IMG/VR virus record: IMGVR_UViG_3300036900_000090
Location: 1 to 57,885 of that record
Reading direction: 5' to 3' (one strand)
Origin: a virus
Taxonomy: Duplodnaviria; Caudoviricetes
Length of the DNA: 57,885 nt
Shown: one piece after another, positions 46,060-54,774 of the stretch
Layout: each line of letters begins with the position of its first letter
How positions within the stretch are numbered: position 1 is the first letter of the stretch
The notes under the pieces: generated by a model
What the model saw: the letters and a program-made list of their open reading frames with translations, nothing else
Told to the model about the DNA's origin: nothing
Database searches by the model: none
Program-made: the position numbers and the translations under genes

Positions 46060-46625
46060 GCGGCGTCCTCCCGCAGATCGCGGATGCGGACGAACCCGCG
46101 CTTGCAGTGATCCGGGCAGTACGATCTGCCCGGCTCGCTCGGATCGCCGCAGAACCGGAACGCCTTGGTGCCCGGCACCCCGATCGGCCAGCAGCATTCG
46201 ATGATGCGCCCGTAGGGTTTGGGCGGCGTCACGGCCGGCGTGGACTCTGCTATCGGCGTCGCCTTCGGCTTGCGCGTCACCACCGTCAGCGCCCGCTTGC
46301 GCGTGGGAACATGCACCGTCGCAGCGGGAACGGACTGCGGGAACGGGATGTCGCCCGCGAGCGATGGCAGCGTCACCTTGGGCGGTTTCCCGCCGGGTCG
46401 CGCGGCCAGCTTCGGCGTCTTGCCGGACCGCTTGATCGGCGACGGGCGCGACGGCAGGTCGAGCCGGTGCGCCTTGCCGACGATGGCGTTCTTCGACATC
46501 CCGAGTTGGCGGCCGATGGAGGCGGTGCTGTGGAGCGTGTTGCCCTGCTTGTCCTTGGCCGCCCACAGCTTTCGGAGGCGGGCGGCGAGAGTGCCGTCCG
46601 CCCAGGGGTCGTCCTGTCCGTGCAT
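46056..46625 (-). CDS. gcrA: GcrA-family cell-cycle regulator
   Basis: LRKLW..STASIG..LGMSKNAIVGKAHRLDL.SRPSPI; CCWPIG.P..FRFCG..SYC..H. Confidence 0.92.
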   Translation of the reverse strand: MHGQDDPWADGTLAARLRKLWAAKDKQGNTLHSTASIGRQLGMSKNAIVGKAHRLDLPSRPSPIKRSGKTPKLAARPGGKPPKVTLPSLAGDIPFPQSVPAATVHVPTRKRALTVVTRKPKATPIAESTPAVTPPKPYGRIIECCWPIGVPGTKAFRFCGDPSEPGRSYCPDHCKRGFVRIRDLREDAA

Positions 46626-46867
46626 CAGTGCCTCCGGGGTGAGAGGGGCACCGACACATGCGCAATAGGCTCACCGATATGCGCTTTGAAGGCGTCGAAG
46701 GCGATCAACAGGGCGGCCGCATCGCGTTCGTCCAGCACGGCACAGACGCCGGCGATGCCGCCTGATGCAATCGCCGTCATTACGGACTGCCATTGCTGAT
46801 CGGCGGTGCCGGTCAGCAGATGCGAATCGTCGGTCTCGATCAGCACCACGGCCGCAACGCGGGTCAT
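46625..46867 (-). CDS. Hypothetical protein
   Basis: GGAGG RBS, coupled. Confidence 0.55.
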   Translation of the reverse strand: MTRVAAVVLIETDDSHLLTGTADQQWQSVMTAIASGGIAGVCAVLDERDAAALLIAFDAFKAHIGEPIAHVSVPLSPRRH

Positions 46868-47088
46868 GGCCGTGCCTCCTGCTGCGCGAACTGCGCCGGG
46901 GCTGGCATGTGACACGCCCCAGGATTGGCGCATTGGCCGGTCTGGCAGCATTCCGGCACGTCGCATCGCCACGGGTTGCTCAGCCCGTGCGCCGTCGAGA
47001 TACGGCGCTTGCTCTTGATGTGCTGGTGCAGGTCCGTGGTGTTGGCGAAGAGGCGCGGGCAGTAGGGGCAGGGGATGGAGCGGGTCAT
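46864..47088 (-). CDS. C2H2-like zinc-finger protein
   Basis: CPYCPRLF....LHQHI. Confidence 0.65.
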   Translation of the reverse strand: MTRSIPCPYCPRLFANTTDLHQHIKSKRRISTAHGLSNPWRCDVPECCQTGQCANPGACHMPAPAQFAQQEARP

Positions 47089-48794
47089 GCGCCCGCTCCC
47101 GCTTCCTCCTGCTTTCGGCGCCGGCGCGGTCGCGCGACGACCGGCTCGGGTGCCTCGGGTTCCGCCTCCGGCTCGTCGTCCTCGGGCTCGGCATCGAGGT
47201 CGTACGGCTCGTAGACCTCGGGGGCCTTCGCGCCGAACTCCAGCGGGCGCCAGTCGGGCAGTGCGCCGATCAACCGCTTGCGTACGTCACCCACCTTGCC
47301 GCTGGAATCGATGCCGTGCGCCTCGGCGATCTCGATCAGCTTCTCGCCGCTGAACCCCTTGAGGATTTCCTCGGTGTCGCAGCGGTCGGTGTGCTTGCCG
47401 GCGTCGAAGAAGACGCCCAGCCATTCCGCCGCGTCGCCCGACGTGCCGAAGTTGGTGTTCGGGTGGTCGAAGGCGATGATGTGGCCGATCAGCTCGTAGG
47501 CGATGGCGGCGGTTTCCTGCGGCGACAGCGGGCGCACCGTGCCGTCCTTGTCCAGCAACTTCGTCAGAACGTTGTACTGCCCACGCGGAGTGCCGCCCGC
47601 TCGCGGCGAGACAGCCACGTTGTCGGCCAGGAAGCAGAGCAACAGCGCCTTCAACGCGACCAGCGCGGTGTCCGGCGCCGCCTCCATCGCCCGCCGCAGC
47701 GCCTCGCCCTTCATCGCGGCGAGCTTGCCTTGCACCGCCTTGGTGATCGGATCGCGCGCGGCGCGGGTGGGCGGACCATCCTCGAACGCCTCGGCGGCAT
47801 CGTGCCCGTTCGCCGCCGATGCTTTCGCGACCTTCGGCGTGACGACGCGCTCGCGCACCTGCCCGATGTAGTAGCCCTCGGTGGCGACCGCCGCGACCAC
47901 CTTGCGCGGGTCGTCCTTCTTCCAGCGCTTCGGCACGTCGTCCCACAGCAGCGTGTAGCCGGCGGGTGCGACCATCTCGCTGTGCGCGCCCATCGTGCCG
48001 GCGATGATGCGCCCCTTGCTCGCCGCGATGCGCGCCTCGAGCGCCGCCTGCTGCGCGGCCAGGAAGCCCTTGGTGTCGGTCGTGGTGAACTGTTCCTCGC
48101 TGCCGGGCTCGGCGAAAAGGTCCTCGTCCCACGCGATCAGCTCGTGCGGGAACACGGCGAGGGAACGGCTGATGCGCGTGCGGGAACATGCCTGCACGAC
48201 CAGATGCCAGGGGAACCCGATGCCGGCCTTGCCGCGCTGCTTGCGCGCCGCAGCGGCCGCGGCCTCCTGTACGTCCTGCGGTGCGGTAGCGATCACCCGC
48301 AGGTCGCGCGTCTGCGGCAGCTCGGGCGATTCGGCGATCGCTTCCAGCACCGCCGGCGCCATGCGGCCCAGCCATTCCAGGCGGCGGGCCAGGGTCATCG
48401 CGATGCCCAGCGCGTCGGCCGCCCCTTCGAGCGAATAGCCGCGATCCATCAGCGCGGTGACGGCGCGCCACTGGTCGACCGGGTGCATCCCGGCGCGCAC
48501 CATGTTCTCGGCCGCCGAGGCGGCGATCGCGTAGTCGGCCTTGTCCTCGCCGTTCTCGCAGCGGAACTCCACCGCTTCGATTTCGGTCCAGCCAAGGCTT
48601 GCCGCCGCAGCGACGCGACGGGTGCCGGCGACGATCAGCCAGCCACCCTCGCGGTCCTCGCGCACCACGATGGGCTGCAGCTGGCCGACCGCCTTCATCG
48701 AGGCGGCGAGCCGGGCGATGTGATCGGGGTCGGGCGAGGCGACGTGGCGCGCGTTGGAGGGATCGGGCGCCAGCCTCGAAAGCTCGATGTTCAT
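47085..48794 (-). CDS. parB: ParB/RepB/Spo0J family protein (long form)
   Basis: P.NAR, LAASM..VGQLQPIVV, IVAGTRRVAA, AENMVR..MHPVDQW.A, HTH. Confidence 0.88.
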   Translation of the reverse strand: MNIELSRLAPDPSNARHVASPDPDHIARLAASMKAVGQLQPIVVREDREGGWLIVAGTRRVAAAASLGWTEIEAVEFRCENGEDKADYAIAASAAENMVRAGMHPVDQWRAVTALMDRGYSLEGAADALGIAMTLARRLEWLGRMAPAVLEAIAESPELPQTRDLRVIATAPQDVQEAAAAAARKQRGKAGIGFPWHLVVQACSRTRISRSLAVFPHELIAWDEDLFAEPGSEEQFTTTDTKGFLAAQQAALEARIAASKGRIIAGTMGAHSEMVAPAGYTLLWDDVPKRWKKDDPRKVVAAVATEGYYIGQVRERVVTPKVAKASAANGHDAAEAFEDGPPTRAARDPITKAVQGKLAAMKGEALRRAMEAAPDTALVALKALLLCFLADNVAVSPRAGGTPRGQYNVLTKLLDKDGTVRPLSPQETAAIAYELIGHIIAFDHPNTNFGTSGDAAEWLGVFFDAGKHTDRCDTEEILKGFSGEKLIEIAEAHGIDSSGKVGDVRKRLIGALPDWRPLEFGAKAPEVYEPYDLDAEPEDDEPEAEPEAPEPVVARPRRRRKQEEAGAGA

Positions 48795-49129
48795 GCTGCG
48801 GTGTCCTCTGTTGTCGTCTGGTGATGGCCGCGCCGGATCGCCCGGACGCGGTTGCGTGCCTGCGCATCGACCGCCGCCCCGGATGGGCTCGGCGCGTAGA
48901 TGAAGCGCAGGGCCTTGTCGTCGGCCCGCCTTGTGGCGAAGCCGAGTTCGACAAGTCGGTTGGCGAGGCGCTGGGTCTGCGGCTGGGTGACGCCGAGCAA
49001 CGGCATCGCCTCGCTGATAGTCAGTTCCTTGCGTTCGACGAGCAGGGCGAGCAGCTGCAGGTGTCGCGGATGCAGCCCCGCATCGTCGGCGATCCGCCCG
49101 ATCAGGACGGACAGGGCGAGGTCAGGCAT
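48791..49129 (-). CDS. MarR-like winged-helix regulator
   Basis: LQLLALL..LTISE..LGVTQP..RL..LVELGF.TR. Confidence 0.75.
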   Translation of the reverse strand: MPDLALSVLIGRIADDAGLHPRHLQLLALLVERKELTISEAMPLLGVTQPQTQRLANRLVELGFATRRADDKALRFIYAPSPSGAAVDAQARNRVRAIRRGHHQTTTEDTAA

Positions 49130-49409
49130 GACCGGATGCCGTCCTGACGGCATTGGACAAGCTCAGCCCGCACGTCTCGATCAGCAGCGCGCCCGTCACC
49201 ACCGGATCGGGGTGCGCCATGCAGACCGTGGTGAACATGCTGCCGATCAGCGACGGCCACATCTCCGACGGCACGCCGTTGAAGATGTCGGTCATCCTGC
49301 CCACCGCATCGTTGAGCTGCGCGCGCTCAGCTGGCGAGGGCGGGCGGCCCTGCACGACGGACTCGGCGATGATCGAGCCGTCGGGCTGGCGGGTGTACGT
49401 CGCGCTCAT
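49122..49409 (-). CDS. Hypothetical protein
   Basis: Coupled ORF. Confidence 0.55.
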   Translation of the reverse strand: MSATYTRQPDGSIIAESVVQGRPPSPAERAQLNDAVGRMTDIFNGVPSEMWPSLIGSMFTTVCMAHPDPVVTGALLIETCGLSLSNAVRTASGHA

Positions 49410-51352
49410 CGCTGTTCTCCCGGCGCGGCCGGCAACTCGTTGTGCTTCTTGCCGAACGCGGCATCGGCGCGGGCGAACAGCTCGGGATCGTCCGCGCGCA
49501 GGCGTGCCATCACGGTGCGCGTCGCCGTCGAACGTATCAGGGAGTCGAAGTGCATCCGCCCAGCCGGCGTGTCATCGATCGCCGCGAGGTCGGCCAAGCG
49601 ATCGGCCAGCCACTTCTCGTCCTTCTGCCGCTGCGTCGGCATGGCGATCAGGTCGGCGAGCCAGCCGGGCGGTGTGCGGTCGGCCTTGACGAAGCGTTGG
49701 GTGATCGCCTGGACCGCGAGCGCGCGCTGCGCCAGCGGGCATTCGGCGAGCCGTCCGCGCTGCGCCTCGGTGAACGCCAGCAGGTCGAGCACATCGACGG
49801 TCGCCAGCTCGTCGCGCAGCAGCGACAGCCATGTGGGCCAGCTCGGCTTGCCGTTGGACTTCGGCACGTCGATCGCCGCGAAGGTCATCGGCGGCGGCGA
49901 ATCCGCAGTGCCCGATTCGTACTCGCTCTGTTCTCCGGTTTCGTCGGTGTAGCCGTGCTCGCCCACCGCGTCGGGATCGAAGCCTGGGTCGCTCTCGCCA
50001 GAGTCCCCACCCTGATCTTCTGCGGGCGGCGGCTCGTCGAGCGCGCGGAGCAGCTGCGCCGCCTCGGGCACCGCGCGCGCCTGATCGATCGCGTCGGCAT
50101 TGTGCTCGATCAAATTGGCCGCGTCGGTCGCGTGGGCGCCGATGCGCTGGTACTCGCCGATCAGGGTGCGAGCGAACTCCACGGGATCGGTGAACGTCTC
50201 GGCGCCGATCTCGCCCCACGCGCTGATCAGCACCGCCTCGAACGGCGGCGGCGATTTGGCTGTTGGCGTTGTCGCAGGACCGGGTTTCGGGGAAACCCGT
50301 TGACTTCCGCCGGTGCTGGCCTGTTGACGCGCGGGGCGCGCCTTCGGGTTCTGTTGCGTCGTGCCCTGATCAACAGGCGGCGGGCGGCGGTCGGTATGGG
50401 CGGTGCCGGGATCGGGTGGCCCGCCGTCGTCACCGTCGTCGGCCGGTTGCTCGGGAATCCCATCAATCGGCGTCGCGGTGCCGTCGATCACCGGGCCATA
50501 GTCCAGCTTCTTGCCCGCGTCGTGCGCGTCCTCGATGCCGATGCCGGCTTGCAACTCGGGGCACTTGGGCAGCAGTTTCGCCAACCGGCGGATCGCTGTC
50601 TTGCGCGCCATTTCGCCCGGGTGGGCGACCCACGGCGCTGCGGTCCATCCGGTTCCCGGACGCTGACCGTCCGCCTCGGCCTTTTCCTTGACGCGGAGGG
50701 CGGTCTTGTAGGCTTCGCTGCGATTCCTGATCCGCTCAATCTCGGGCCAGGGCATTACCTCGAATTCTTCGCCGTCGTTCGTGAACTTGGCGATGGCGTA
50801 GGCCGCGCGCGGCGTCATGCTGGACGGGTCGATGTCGAGCGATTGCTTGTGGATCAGGAAGCGCTTGGATCCGCGCTCGAAGTCGAAATGATCGCCCGGG
50901 TAGACGAGGCCGGACGCGATGTCGCGCACGAAGCCGGAGCGGAACGCCAATTCGACATAACCCTGGTAGCCGATGACGATCTGCAGGTCGTAGCCGTCAT
51001 CGACCCACCGGTTGCCCACCTTCTTTCGCTTCTTGAACGGGATCAGATGCGCGTGCTGCAGCACGGTCCCCGGCACCAGCCCGAGATAGGTGAGCGACAT
51101 GAACGCGCCGATGGTCTGGCGCAGGTCGCACTGGTAGAGCTGCGGCGTACGACCGGCAGTCTGCACGAAGGCGCGCAGCATCCGGTCGGGCTCCATGTGC
51201 TTCGGGATGGCGCCGGCGATCAGGTCTTTCAGCTCCTTGGTCTGGAACGCCTCGCCCAGCGTCTTGCATTCGGCGAGGCGCTTGAACGCGGCCTTGCTCG
51301 GAAGCTGCTGCACGTTGTTGTCGGGCGCAGGGGTCTTGGCGGTGTCGCTCAT
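49406..51352 (-). CDS. recT: RecT-family recombinase with long C-terminal extension
   Basis: IPKHM.PDRM, P.LYQC, LGL.P, IGYQG..ELA.RSG, VY.GD.F, PW..H..EMARKT.IRRL.K.LP. Confidence 0.9.
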   Translation of the reverse strand: MSDTAKTPAPDNNVQQLPSKAAFKRLAECKTLGEAFQTKELKDLIAGAIPKHMEPDRMLRAFVQTAGRTPQLYQCDLRQTIGAFMSLTYLGLVPGTVLQHAHLIPFKKRKKVGNRWVDDGYDLQIVIGYQGYVELAFRSGFVRDIASGLVYPGDHFDFERGSKRFLIHKQSLDIDPSSMTPRAAYAIAKFTNDGEEFEVMPWPEIERIRNRSEAYKTALRVKEKAEADGQRPGTGWTAAPWVAHPGEMARKTAIRRLAKLLPKCPELQAGIGIEDAHDAGKKLDYGPVIDGTATPIDGIPEQPADDGDDGGPPDPGTAHTDRRPPPVDQGTTQQNPKARPARQQASTGGSQRVSPKPGPATTPTAKSPPPFEAVLISAWGEIGAETFTDPVEFARTLIGEYQRIGAHATDAANLIEHNADAIDQARAVPEAAQLLRALDEPPPAEDQGGDSGESDPGFDPDAVGEHGYTDETGEQSEYESGTADSPPPMTFAAIDVPKSNGKPSWPTWLSLLRDELATVDVLDLLAFTEAQRGRLAECPLAQRALAVQAITQRFVKADRTPPGWLADLIAMPTQRQKDEKWLADRLADLAAIDDTPAGRMHFDSLIRSTATRTVMARLRADDPELFARADAAFGKKHNELPAAPGEQR

Positions 51353-51353
51353 C

Positions 51354-52184
51354 TCAGCGCACTCCGATCTTGCGGCTTTCCACCCAGGCGATGCCGGGGA
51401 CGATCGCGGTCGGTTTGCCGCTGCGGTCGCGCTCCTTCGCCCTCTCGCGCACCCAGGACTCGTTGACCGCCAGTGCACCGGGCGGCACGTCGCCGGCGAC
51501 CACCGCGCGGGCGAGCGCCATCATGTCCTGCAATTCCCACGACCACGACGAACGCAACGAGGCGACGGCGCCGTAGATTCCTCTAGAGCGACTGAACTCT
51601 GCCGGGCGGGCCTGCGCCTCGTCGGCCGCGCGGTCCGCCTCGGCTGCGGATGCGGCGGCGGCGTCGAGTTTGGCGTCAACGTCCTGGCCGACCGGGTTGC
51701 GTTTCATCGCGGCCGCGGCCTCGGCGGCACGTCGCTGCGCCTCGGCCTCCGCCTCGCGACGGAGACGCTCGGCCAGGGCACGTTGGGCGGTTTCCTTGCG
51801 GGTGGCGTAGTCGAACATGACGCGCTCGACCGGGGCGACCGCCGCCTGGATCGGCTCGGCGAAGCGGCGGAACCACGCATCGACCGCGCGCCCGCCTTCC
51901 AGATACGGCTCCTTGTGGTCCTTGCGGTTCTTCTCGCCGGTGCCGATCAGCGCCTTCGCCATGCGGGCGTTCTCGGCGCAGAGCCCGGCGGTGTCCTCGT
52001 CGCCGTCGTCGATGCGCGGGTGTGCCGCGAGCGTGCGGGCCAGCGCGGGGATGATCTCGTCGTCGCGCCGCCGCAGCAGCGGCTCCAGCAGATAGTCGAG
52101 ATAGGCGACGACCTGCTCGGGCGAGAGCGGGGCGGGCGGCGGCGGGGCGTTGGTGTCGCGATCGTGGGCAAGGCTTTGGCTCAT
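51354..52184 (-). CDS. Coiled-coil protein next to recT (possibly Gam/Gp157-like)
   Basis: RK..KEPYL..GRAVDAWF, long Ala/Glu/Arg coil, VPGI at the end. Confidence 0.65.
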   Translation of the reverse strand: MSQSLAHDRDTNAPPPPAPLSPEQVVAYLDYLLEPLLRRRDDEIIPALARTLAAHPRIDDGDEDTAGLCAENARMAKALIGTGEKNRKDHKEPYLEGGRAVDAWFRRFAEPIQAAVAPVERVMFDYATRKETAQRALAERLRREAEAEAQRRAAEAAAAMKRNPVGQDVDAKLDAAAASAAEADRAADEAQARPAEFSRSRGIYGAVASLRSSWSWELQDMMALARAVVAGDVPPGALAVNESWVRERAKERDRSGKPTAIVPGIAWVESRKIGVR

Positions 52185-52552
52185 GGTGTCCTCGGTTGAA
52201 GCGGTGAGAGCCGCGCGGGATTGATCGCCCGGGTAGGATTCAGCGCCGGGTGATCGTCCGGCCCATGTGCGGCGGCATGGGCCTTCACGGCGAGCAGCCA
52301 ATCGTAGGTCTGCTCGTCGATCTTGGTGCCGTAGGCGTGGACGTCGCTCACGCCCTCGGCGAGGAAGGGATCGGCGTGCGGGCTGTGCTCGCAGCCGTCG
52401 ATGATGGCGAAGAATTCGCCGTCGTCCGTGCGGACGATGCGGGCCGGTACCGCCCATGCGCCACGCCGCAGCCGCAGCCGATAGAAGCCCGGCTCGACCA
52501 CGTCGGATCGCCGTGTCTGCTCTCTGCTGTGCCGCTCGCCTGTTGCTCTCAT
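52181..52552 (-). CDS. Hypothetical protein
   Basis: EPGFYRLR..GAW.VPARI; coupled. Confidence 0.65.
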   Translation of the reverse strand: MRATGERHSREQTRRSDVVEPGFYRLRLRRGAWAVPARIVRTDDGEFFAIIDGCEHSPHADPFLAEGVSDVHAYGTKIDEQTYDWLLAVKAHAAAHGPDDHPALNPTRAINPARLSPLQPRTP

Positions 52553-52580
52553 GGTGTCCCGCCGCTATGCAATAGCGCAC

Positions 52581-52610
52581 ATGCTATGCACAACGCGCAT
52601 GGCGTGTCAA
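52581..52610 (-). promoter_or_regulatory. Leftward early sigma70 promoter
   Basis: Minus strand TTGACA-N18-TAGCAT, with an imperfect ATGC-N7-GCAT palindrome in the spacer. Confidence 0.65.
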
Positions 52611-52724
52611 ACGCGCGAACGCGCAGCGTCGATCGACAAAGCACGAACATGCGTTCCATTCGGCCAAGACAAGGCCGCGCGAACGCGGCCGTTCTGTCAG
52701 GCCAGCAGAATCAGTGGGGTGGGA

Positions 52725-53390
52725 TCAGAGAAGGTCGAGCAGCCGGGCGGCCGGGTTGCCGCGGACGACCAGCTCGACCGGCTGCGCGGCCACCACGCGG
52801 ACGTTGAACTGCGCCGGGCCCTGATAGGCGATCAGGGTGCAGAGGCCATCGGCCTGCACGGAGATCTGACGCAGTATTTCGGTGCCGTCCTCGAGCCGGC
52901 AGACACACTCGCAGCCGTGCACCGCGGCAAGCTCGAAACCTTCCGAATTGAGCGGCAATGTCATCGCAAAGTCGCCGTCACGGTAGACGGGAGCGAGGGC
53001 GTTGCCGGTGATGCGATGTCCGACTAAGCCATTGAGTTCAATGTGGATTGTCCCAGCAACCATACCGTCCGGCATCGGCACGACCCTTGCGGCTGATTCC
53101 TCGATCGTACCCACAATAGGAATATCTCGCGCACGAGGCAAAGTGCCTCCGTACAGGATCGAGCCCGGCGGTATTCCTAACTTCTCCGCGTAAGCTGCTT
53201 CGGTTGCAGCATCTAATCCGCGCGAGCCATTCTCGTGACAGAGATAGGTGCTGACCGGGAAGCGGTTTTCGCGCGCAAATGATGTGCCAGTAACGTATCC
53301 CGCCTGTTTGCGTGCCTGGATCAATCGGTCCGCCGCCCGCTTGCGCTCGACGGGGAAATTCACGAACGGGCGCTCTGCGACCTCACTCAC
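52725..53390 (-). CDS. CI-like repressor (XRE HTH + degenerate S24-like domain)
   Basis: RL..ARKQAG..FAR..STY..HENG.RG; C-terminal GNALAPVYRDGD; divergent from the cro-like gene. Confidence 0.85.
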   Translation of the reverse strand: MSEVAERPFVNFPVERKRAADRLIQARKQAGYVTGTSFARENRFPVSTYLCHENGSRGLDAATEAAYAEKLGIPPGSILYGGTLPRARDIPIVGTIEESAARVVPMPDGMVAGTIHIELNGLVGHRITGNALAPVYRDGDFAMTLPLNSEGFELAAVHGCECVCRLEDGTEILRQISVQADGLCTLIAYQGPAQFNVRVVAAQPVELVVRGNPAARLLDLL

Positions 53391-53399
53391 GAGTGATCT

Positions 53400-53434
53400 A
53401 TGCCTTGACGCGCATTATGCGGTGCGCGCAGTCT
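53400..53434 (+). promoter_or_regulatory. Probable rightward promoter/operator region
   Basis: TTGACG at 53405; palindrome CGCAT-T-ATGCG at 53411-53421; ATGC..GCA repeats like those at the leftward promoter. Confidence 0.45.
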
Positions 53435-53471
53435 CGCCGCCTTCTGCTGGCGGGGCGGGAAACAGAATTCT

Positions 53472-54044
53472 ATGCCCAACGCGCGTTCGGTCACGACGTA
53501 TCGCGACCTGTTGGGTCTCTGGCCCAGCCAGGACGCGCTCGCCGCCGACCTCGCCGTGTCCTTCACCGCGGTCAATGGCTGGCGCCGCACCGGGCGCGTC
53601 CCGCGCGAGCATTGGCCCGGCCTCGTCGCCTCGGCGCGCAGGCGCGGTATCACTGGCGTCAGTCTCACCATGCTGGCCCGGCTGCCCTCGGCGGCGGCGG
53701 CGACATCGTTCCGCGACATCCTCTCCCTATGGCCGGCGGCGGTCGATCTGGCGCGCGATCTCGAGTTGCCCACCAGCACGGTCCGGTCCTGGCAGGAACG
53801 CGGGCGCATACCGCTGGAGTACTGGGGTGATCTGATCGCGAGCGGCCGTTCGCACGGCATCCGACACCTCACTTATTCCCGGCTGCAAAATATTGCCTTG
53901 GCCGGCACACCCACAAGGCGACGCAAAGTGCGACGCCAATCCCCGACCAAATGCGTAACAGACGCGTCGCGCGTTGCGCAAGACACGACACCCCGATCTA
54001 GGCGGCGGGAAGCCGCCCCAAACCTGCACGCCCTTGGAGAATGA
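53472..54044 (+). CDS. Cro-like protein with two tandem HTH domains
   Basis: RDLLGLWP..LAADL..V..W...GRVP..HW..L.AS repeated as RDILSLWP..LARDL..V..W...GRIP..YW..L.AS. Confidence 0.8.
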   Translation: MPNARSVTTYRDLLGLWPSQDALAADLAVSFTAVNGWRRTGRVPREHWPGLVASARRRGITGVSLTMLARLPSAAAATSFRDILSLWPAAVDLARDLELPTSTVRSWQERGRIPLEYWGDLIASGRSHGIRHLTYSRLQNIALAGTPTRRRKVRRQSPTKCVTDASRVAQDTTPRSRRREAAPNLHALGE

Positions 54045-54721
54045 CCATGCCCTCCGATCAACCACAGCCTGCCCCCGCCACCTCGAACGTCAGCAACGAT
54101 GAGATCCAGCAGGTTATGCGCGATTACCGGACGCAACGGCGCGTCTGCGACACCGAAAATGGTGTGCTGCGCAACATCCTCAAACGCGCGAAAAACATCG
54201 GGATAAACACCAAGGCGCTGACCGCAACGGCGAAGGCGGCGAGACTCGATCCTGATGAAGTGATCACCGAGCTGCGCGACACGCTGCACTACATGAGCCT
54301 GACCCGGATGCAGGTGACGCCCGACTCGCTGTTCGCCTCGTGGACGCCGACCGTCACAGAAAAATCACGCATGGCCGACGATGTTTGGACTGCGGAGGAC
54401 GCCGGCTACAAGGCCGGACGGCACGGCGCCGACCGCAAGGAATGCCCGTACGATCGCGGTTCGGAATTAGAGGTCGCCTGGCTGCGCTGGTGGACCAAGG
54501 GCCAGGAGTCGATCGCCAAAGAGCTCGGCGAGAACGCGCGACAGGCCTCGACCGCACGCGAGCGTCCGAAGCGCCAGCAGGCGAACATCCCCGGCACCGA
54601 GGCTCCCGAGCCGGAACCCGAGCCCGCGCCGGCCCCGCGCAAGCGTCGGGCGAACGGCAGCTCCCCGGCCGCGCGGCGGCGCAACGTCGCCGGCGACGAG
54701 CGCACCGCAGCAGTTAACTGA
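54041..54721 (+). CDS. GapR/DUF2312-like N-terminus plus RMF-like motif
   Basis: LRNILKRAK..GINTKAL; GYKAGRHG...CPY...W...W..GQ. Confidence 0.6.
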   Translation: MTMPSDQPQPAPATSNVSNDEIQQVMRDYRTQRRVCDTENGVLRNILKRAKNIGINTKALTATAKAARLDPDEVITELRDTLHYMSLTRMQVTPDSLFASWTPTVTEKSRMADDVWTAEDAGYKAGRHGADRKECPYDRGSELEVAWLRWWTKGQESIAKELGENARQASTARERPKRQQANIPGTEAPEPEPEPAPAPRKRRANGSSPAARRRNVAGDERTAAVN

Positions 54722-54774
54722 CACGGCACGCCTGACCCCGACCTGACAGCTTCCTCAGTCACCGGAGAACAGAC

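Larger units (their letters stand above)
43790..48216 (+). repeat. Four triads of GGGAAC with 13 and 21-22 bp spacing
   Basis: Starts at 43790/43812/43825; 44831/44853/44866; 46305/46326/46339; 48148/48161/48182 (plus 48211). Confidence 0.75.
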
